Positions 29,080 to 33,224 of a DNA stretch of 33,224 nt are shown in pieces. The DNA comes from Azonexus sp. (GTDB lineage: Bacteria; Pseudomonadota; Gammaproteobacteria; Burkholderiales; Rhodocyclaceae). The notes under the pieces were generated by a model. That model saw only the letters and a program-made list of their open reading frames with translations, was not told the origin of the DNA and searched no databases. The translations under genes and the position numbers were made by a program. The stretch spans positions 1 through 33,224 of the forward strand of contig DAOMFF010000001.1 in the NCBI GenBank assembly GCA_035429665.1, read 5' to 3'. Every line of letters begins with the position of its first letter. The stretch's first letter is position 1.

Positions 29080-30482
29080 CTCAGAGTTACTCCAGGATTG
29101 GCAGGGCGAGCGAATATCAACGGAATCATCTTCGCCACGTACTTGACGACAATCTTGTAGGTGTCTCGGTCGAATGGCGGGCGGCCGGCATCGAGCAGGG
29201 CCTGGATTTCCTCGTCGGATCGCACAGTGCCGAGGTAGCGCCAAGCGTGGATCACGTGGGCTTCGTCGCCTTCGCGGATCAGCGCGAGGCCAGCGAATGG
29301 CCAGGAAACGAGCTTGAGCCGGGCCAGTGCGGCGACCAGGCGCAGCGTGTGCTTGGCGAATGGCTCGTTGCCGATGCAGGCACCCCGGCAACGCTTGATC
29401 TGGTAGCCGAAGCAGGGTTTGCCGGGGACTGTCTTTTCCAGACCGAGCAGCGCGTCGCACAGATTGTGCTCGACGGCCAAGGCGCGCAGCGTTTCGCCGG
29501 CTTCCCTGGCGCTCTTGAACAGGCCGTAGCACGAGGCACCACTGCCGAAGTCGAGATTGCGCGCCGCGGCGAGTTCCGGGCGCAGCCAACCGTTACCTTC
29601 GTCGACCAGTGTCCACGTGCAGATATCTTCGTTCCGGCGCAGTTGGCGGTTATGGCTGGGCTGAAGTTGTTTGACCAGTGCGGCTTCCTTGAGCAGGGCG
29701 CCGATCTCGCCGGCGGTTTCGATCCAGTCGATGCGCCTGACCTGCTGGGCGAGGTTCATTTCCCTGGCCGAACTGTGGTCGGCCGAGAAATGCGAGAGCA
29801 CCCGCTGGCGAATGTCCCGGGCCTTGCCGACGTAAAGCGGCAGATCGTTGTCGGCGTAGAAAAGATAGACGCCTGGAGTGTCGGGCAACTCGTCGACGAT
29901 GCCAGCGTCGAGGTGCGGCGGCAGGCTGGGGCGGCCGTTCTGCGCCTTGAGCGCAGCCTCGATTTCGTCGCTGCTGCGGTCGACGTGGATTTTTTGCCAG
30001 AATTGGCGGATCAGTTGCGCATCGGCCAGTGCCCGGTGGCGAGCGCCGACTGCCAGATTGTGACGCTCGATGAGCGAATCCAGATTGTGCCGCTGGTGTT
30101 CCGGGAACAGGCTGCGCGACAGCTTGACCGTGCACAGCACCGGCGCCCGGAAGGCGACGCCGAGGCGCTTGAACTCGTTCTTCAGGAAGCCATAATCGAA
30201 GCGCGCGTTGTGGGCGATGAACAGCCGGCCCTCCAGTCGGCGCAAGGTTTCGTCGGCAACATCGGCGAAGGCCGGGGCAGCGGCCACCAGCTCGTTGCTG
30301 ATCCCGGTCAGTTGCTCGATGAACGGCGGGATGCGGGTGCCCGGGTTGACCAATTGCTGCCACTCGCGCACCGATCCATCCTCATCCACTTCGATGATGC
30401 CGATTTCGGTGATGCGGTCGCTGGTGGCGGTGGCGCCGGTGGTTTCGAGGTCGACGAAGGCCAGGGGCCAGCAGGCACTCAT
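29076..30482 (-). CDS. DEDDh 3'-5' exonuclease (DnaQ-like) fused to a GIY-YIG (Cho/UvrC-like) endonuclease domain
   Basis: FVDLETTG, AHNARFD and HRALADA, then PGVYLFY..LYVGKA..RQRVLSHF and Cys cluster (LC..PCFGYQIKRCRGAC). Confidence 0.88.
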   Translation of the reverse strand: MSACWPLAFVDLETTGATATSDRITEIGIIEVDEDGSVREWQQLVNPGTRIPPFIEQLTGISNELVAAAPAFADVADETLRRLEGRLFIAHNARFDYGFLKNEFKRLGVAFRAPVLCTVKLSRSLFPEHQRHNLDSLIERHNLAVGARHRALADAQLIRQFWQKIHVDRSSDEIEAALKAQNGRPSLPPHLDAGIVDELPDTPGVYLFYADNDLPLYVGKARDIRQRVLSHFSADHSSAREMNLAQQVRRIDWIETAGEIGALLKEAALVKQLQPSHNRQLRRNEDICTWTLVDEGNGWLRPELAAARNLDFGSGASCYGLFKSAREAGETLRALAVEHNLCDALLGLEKTVPGKPCFGYQIKRCRGACIGNEPFAKHTLRLVAALARLKLVSWPFAGLALIREGDEAHVIHAWRYLGTVRSDEEIQALLDAGRPPFDRDTYKIVVKYVAKMIPLIFARPANPGVTLR

Positions 30483-30491
30483 CGGTGACCG

Positions 30492-31712
30492 TCAGATCGT
30501 CTGCGTTGCGGCGCGAAAGCTGCTGTCGAGGTCTTCACGGGCGAGGGCGACGATGTCCGGGTCGAGAATTCCCTTGCCGGCGAATTCTCCCAGGGTGCAC
30601 GATATTTCGTCGAGCCGCTGCGCGCCGCGGTAGGGGCGCACCTGGGCCAGCGCCTGGAAGACGTCGGCGACGGCGATGATGCGCGCTTCCGGCACTAGGG
30701 TCGGCGCTGAGCGGCGGAACGGGTAGCCGTGGCCATTGAGCGCTTCGTGGTGGAAGGCTGCCCATTCGGCAACTGTCTCCAGACCGGGGACATGGCGCAG
30801 GATCTGGAAGGTTTCGAAACTGTGCCGTTCCATGACCGAGAACTCGGCGACCGTCAGGCGCGCCGGCTTTTCGACGATTTCGTCCGGCACGCAGAGCTTG
30901 CCGATGTCGTGCATCAGCCCGGCGATTTCCATCTTGGCCAGCGAATCCGGCGCGAAGCCCATGCGCTCTCCGAGATAGCGCGACAGTTGCGCGACACCGA
31001 GCGAGTGGGAAGCGGTGAAGTGACTCTTGGCATCGACAATGCTGGAAATCAGCCGCGCCACGTGGCGGAACTGCGGGAATTCGATGGTGACTGCCCACAA
31101 AGGCAATTCAAGTTCGTTCAGGTAGGTCTGCACGTGGCGCGGCACGAGCGAGATCCAGAACGCCTCGCGCGAGGCGGCGGCCAGGAAGGCATCGACCACA
31201 TCCGGCTGCAGCACGCTGCCCGAAAGCGCGGAAATCTCGCGGCAGATATCCGTGCTGTGAAACAGCGGGTTCTCCAGACCATGCCGCAGCAGCAGCGTAT
31301 CCACCCGGTCGGCCAAGAGGATCAGGTTGCTGTCGATGGCATCCGCCTCGCCGAGGCCGACCGGCAGTTCGGTCCATGGCGTGTGGTGATGGCGGACGGC
31401 GTTGGCCAGCAGCGAGAGGTGGGCGAACGGTTGCATGAGATGGAAGGCACGCTCGCAGTGCGCCTGCCTGTCGACGTCAGGGTCGTCGGAGACCAGTCGG
31501 CGGTGCTCGGCGGTCGAGGAAACCCCCATGTCGTGCAGCAGACCGGCGAAGACAAGATTCTCCAGGCGCGCTTCGGGCAGACCGAGCAGCAACGCCGTCT
31601 CGCGGGCGATCATGGCAACGCGCTTGCCGTGCTGGAAATCGCTGACGCCGACTAGATCGAGGGCATCCGAGACGGCAAACACGGCACTTTTCAGGTTGAT
31701 CGTGATCGGCAT
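30492..31712 (-). CDS. Tandem HD-domain / HD-GYP phosphohydrolase (putative cyclic dinucleotide phosphodiesterase)
   Basis: N-terminal HGKRV..LLHDMG..HHH. C-terminal HSLGV..MHDIGK..HHEALNGHGYP..VADVF..RPYR. Confidence 0.87.
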   Translation of the reverse strand: MPITINLKSAVFAVSDALDLVGVSDFQHGKRVAMIARETALLLGLPEARLENLVFAGLLHDMGVSSTAEHRRLVSDDPDVDRQAHCERAFHLMQPFAHLSLLANAVRHHHTPWTELPVGLGEADAIDSNLILLADRVDTLLLRHGLENPLFHSTDICREISALSGSVLQPDVVDAFLAAASREAFWISLVPRHVQTYLNELELPLWAVTIEFPQFRHVARLISSIVDAKSHFTASHSLGVAQLSRYLGERMGFAPDSLAKMEIAGLMHDIGKLCVPDEIVEKPARLTVAEFSVMERHSFETFQILRHVPGLETVAEWAAFHHEALNGHGYPFRRSAPTLVPEARIIAVADVFQALAQVRPYRGAQRLDEISCTLGEFAGKGILDPDIVALAREDLDSSFRAATQTI

Positions 31713-31900
31713 CGATCGCTCGGCTGGGCTGGGTAAAGAAGAAGGATACCACTACCACGGGCTGCTGAAATGGTGTTCGCAAGGGGTGGGGCGAAACGCG
31801 GCGAACCGGCCATTTCAGACTTCCGCCAGCATATCCAATATCGCTTCAGCCACCGGCGCCGGCGGCCCTCCGATCGCTGCCGGCCCTGCTTGGAGCCGGC

Positions 31901-32680
31901 TCAGGTGCCGGTGAAAACCGGTTTCCGCTTTTCCTTGAAAGCGTGAATGCCTTCCTTGTAGTCGTTGCTGTCATAGACCACGCGGCGCAGACCCTGAATC
32001 CGCTCGAAGCCCTGCGGACTCATCGGGTGGGCCCCGGCGAGAATGCGCAACTGGTCCTTCATCACCGATATCGACAACGGGGCATTGTGCGTGATTCCCC
32101 GTGCCATCTCGTAAGTGAATTCCTCGATCTGGTCGTTATCCACGACATAATTGATCATCCCGACCTGCTCGGCACGCTGGGCGCTCACCGGCTTGGCGGT
32201 GAAGGCCATTTCCTTGACCAGGCGATAGGGCGCCGCGTTGAAGAAGGTCAGCACGCCGCTGACGTTGTACGGCACGCCAAGCCGCGAGGGGGTGACGGCG
32301 AAGGTGGTGCCCGGTGACGCAATGATCAGGTCGCAGGCGAAGATCGTCTCGCAGGCGCCACCCCACACCGACCCTTCGATCATGGCGATTACCGGCGCCG
32401 GAAATATCTCGATTTCACGGATCAGCGAACGCAGCGGATCGTCCCAGCCCAGTGGATCGCGCCCGTCCACCGGCAGTTCCCAGACATCGTGCCCGGCCGA
32501 CCAGACTTTCGCCCCCGGTTTGGCGCGCAGCACGACCACTCGCGCCTTGCCGCGCCGGAATTCGTTCAGCGCCGAGATCACCGCTTCGACCAGTTCGGTC
32601 GACAGGGCATTGAGCTTCTCCTTGTGATTCAAGGTGATGGTGCCGATGTGATCGGCAAGTTCCGACTGAACAATATCCAT
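31901..32680 (-). CDS. scpB: Methylmalonyl-CoA decarboxylase (biotin-independent, crotonase fold)
   Basis: KLNALS, SAGHD..ELP..GRDPL..DDPLR, EGSVWGGA.E, LGVPYN and FERIQGLRRVVYDS closely match E. coli ScpB/YgfG as I recall it. AGGAG RBS. Confidence 0.9.
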   Translation of the reverse strand: MDIVQSELADHIGTITLNHKEKLNALSTELVEAVISALNEFRRGKARVVVLRAKPGAKVWSAGHDVWELPVDGRDPLGWDDPLRSLIREIEIFPAPVIAMIEGSVWGGACETIFACDLIIASPGTTFAVTPSRLGVPYNVSGVLTFFNAAPYRLVKEMAFTAKPVSAQRAEQVGMINYVVDNDQIEEFTYEMARGITHNAPLSISVMKDQLRILAGAHPMSPQGFERIQGLRRVVYDSNDYKEGIHAFKEKRKPVFTGT

Positions 32681-32892
32681 GCTTCTTCTCCTGGGGCTTT
32701 CCGTGGATGAACGTGCTGCAGCGGCGGTTTATCGCTGCGCAACAGATTGCGCCTTCGAACCATATCGTCGGATGGTGAAGATGAAGAATTACGGATTCTA
32801 CGTAACTTCATTGCGCAAACCGGGCCAAGCGATCAATTTGCCGCCTCAGGCAGCCTCTCGGGCAACCCCGGTTCGCCCTGCATTGCCTCAGG

Positions 32893-32898
32893 TATAAT
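32893..32898 (+). promoter_or_regulatory. Perfect -10 box upstream of purL
   Basis: TATAAT ends 34 bp before the purL ATG. No convincing -35. Confidence 0.5.
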
Positions 32899-32932
32899 TC
32901 CTGCCTCTCCGCCCGACCCGACTCACCTCCCC

Positions 32933-33224
32933 ATGGCCGACATTCTTCGCCTCAAGGGCGATGCCGCCTTTTCCGCCTTCCGCCTGCAACGCCTGCTCGC
33001 CCGCCTGGTCGCGGCGGTCTCGGACATCGAATCGGTTGCTGCCGACTACTGGCATGTCGTGGCGCAGAAAGGTGCGCTGAACGCCGACGAGCGCGCCAAG
33101 CTGGCGACACTGCTGGAAGAAAAGGCGGCCGGCAGCGAAGCTGGTGAAATGTTCCTCGTCGCCCCGCGTATCGGCACCATTTCGCCGTGGTCGTCGAAGG
33201 CCACCGACATCGCCTGGAACTGCG
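32933..33224 (+). CDS. purL: Phosphoribosylformylglycinamidine synthase (5' part, runs off the window)
   Basis: Manual translation MADILRLKGDAAFSAFRLQRLL...VAPRIGTISPWSSKATDIAWNC matches the large-PurL N-terminal signature. Confidence 0.92.
   Translation, partial: MADILRLKGDAAFSAFRLQRLLARLVAAVSDIESVAADYWHVVAQKGALNADERAKLATLLEEKAAGSEAGEMFLVAPRIGTISPWSSKATDIAWNC

Noticed and set aside
29061-30488. 475-aa antisense ORF opposite the exonuclease gene, and similar shadow ORFs elsewhere (e.g. 30729-31655, 26098-27039)
   Set aside because: They mirror well-supported genes on the other strand and have no motifs or RBS support.
1-33224. CRISPR arrays, prophage, integrase/transposase, rRNA or intact tRNA genes
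   Set aside because: No regularly spaced repeats, mobile-element proteins or RNA-gene signatures were seen. Nearly all the sequence is accounted for by housekeeping CDSs.

Overview
GC-rich betaproteobacterial core-chromosome segment. Gene order and protein style suggest Rhodocyclales, Dechloromonas/Azonexus-like (inference). Gene order: rluC(partial)-HAD-Rieske-sppA >< methyltransferase-maf <> yceD-rpmF-plsX-fabH-fabD-fabG-acpP-fabF-ygfX-like >< nadB <> rpoE-rseC-degP-glutaredoxin-like-lepA-lepB-DUF4845-rnc-era-recO-pdxJ-acpS-nagZ >< efp-earP <> UDG-uvrC-pgsA-[structured non-coding region] >< cupin-creA-DEDDh/GIY-YIG nuclease-HD-GYP-scpB <> purL(partial). I saw no mobile element, CRISPR array, rRNA or intact tRNA. 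The standout feature is lepB: a 567-aa protein in which an apparently complete ExeA/PEP-CTERM-system-type AAA+ ATPase (about 300 aa, Walker A/B intact) is inserted in frame into the cytoplasmic loop between the two transmembrane helices of an otherwise intact signal peptidase I. Secondary observations are rpoE without adjacent rseA/rseB, a multi-hairpin candidate sRNA after pgsA where a tRNA cluster is often found, an AT-rich patch inside nagZ, and an orphan scpB. All family assignments come from motif recognition by eye; no database searches were run.
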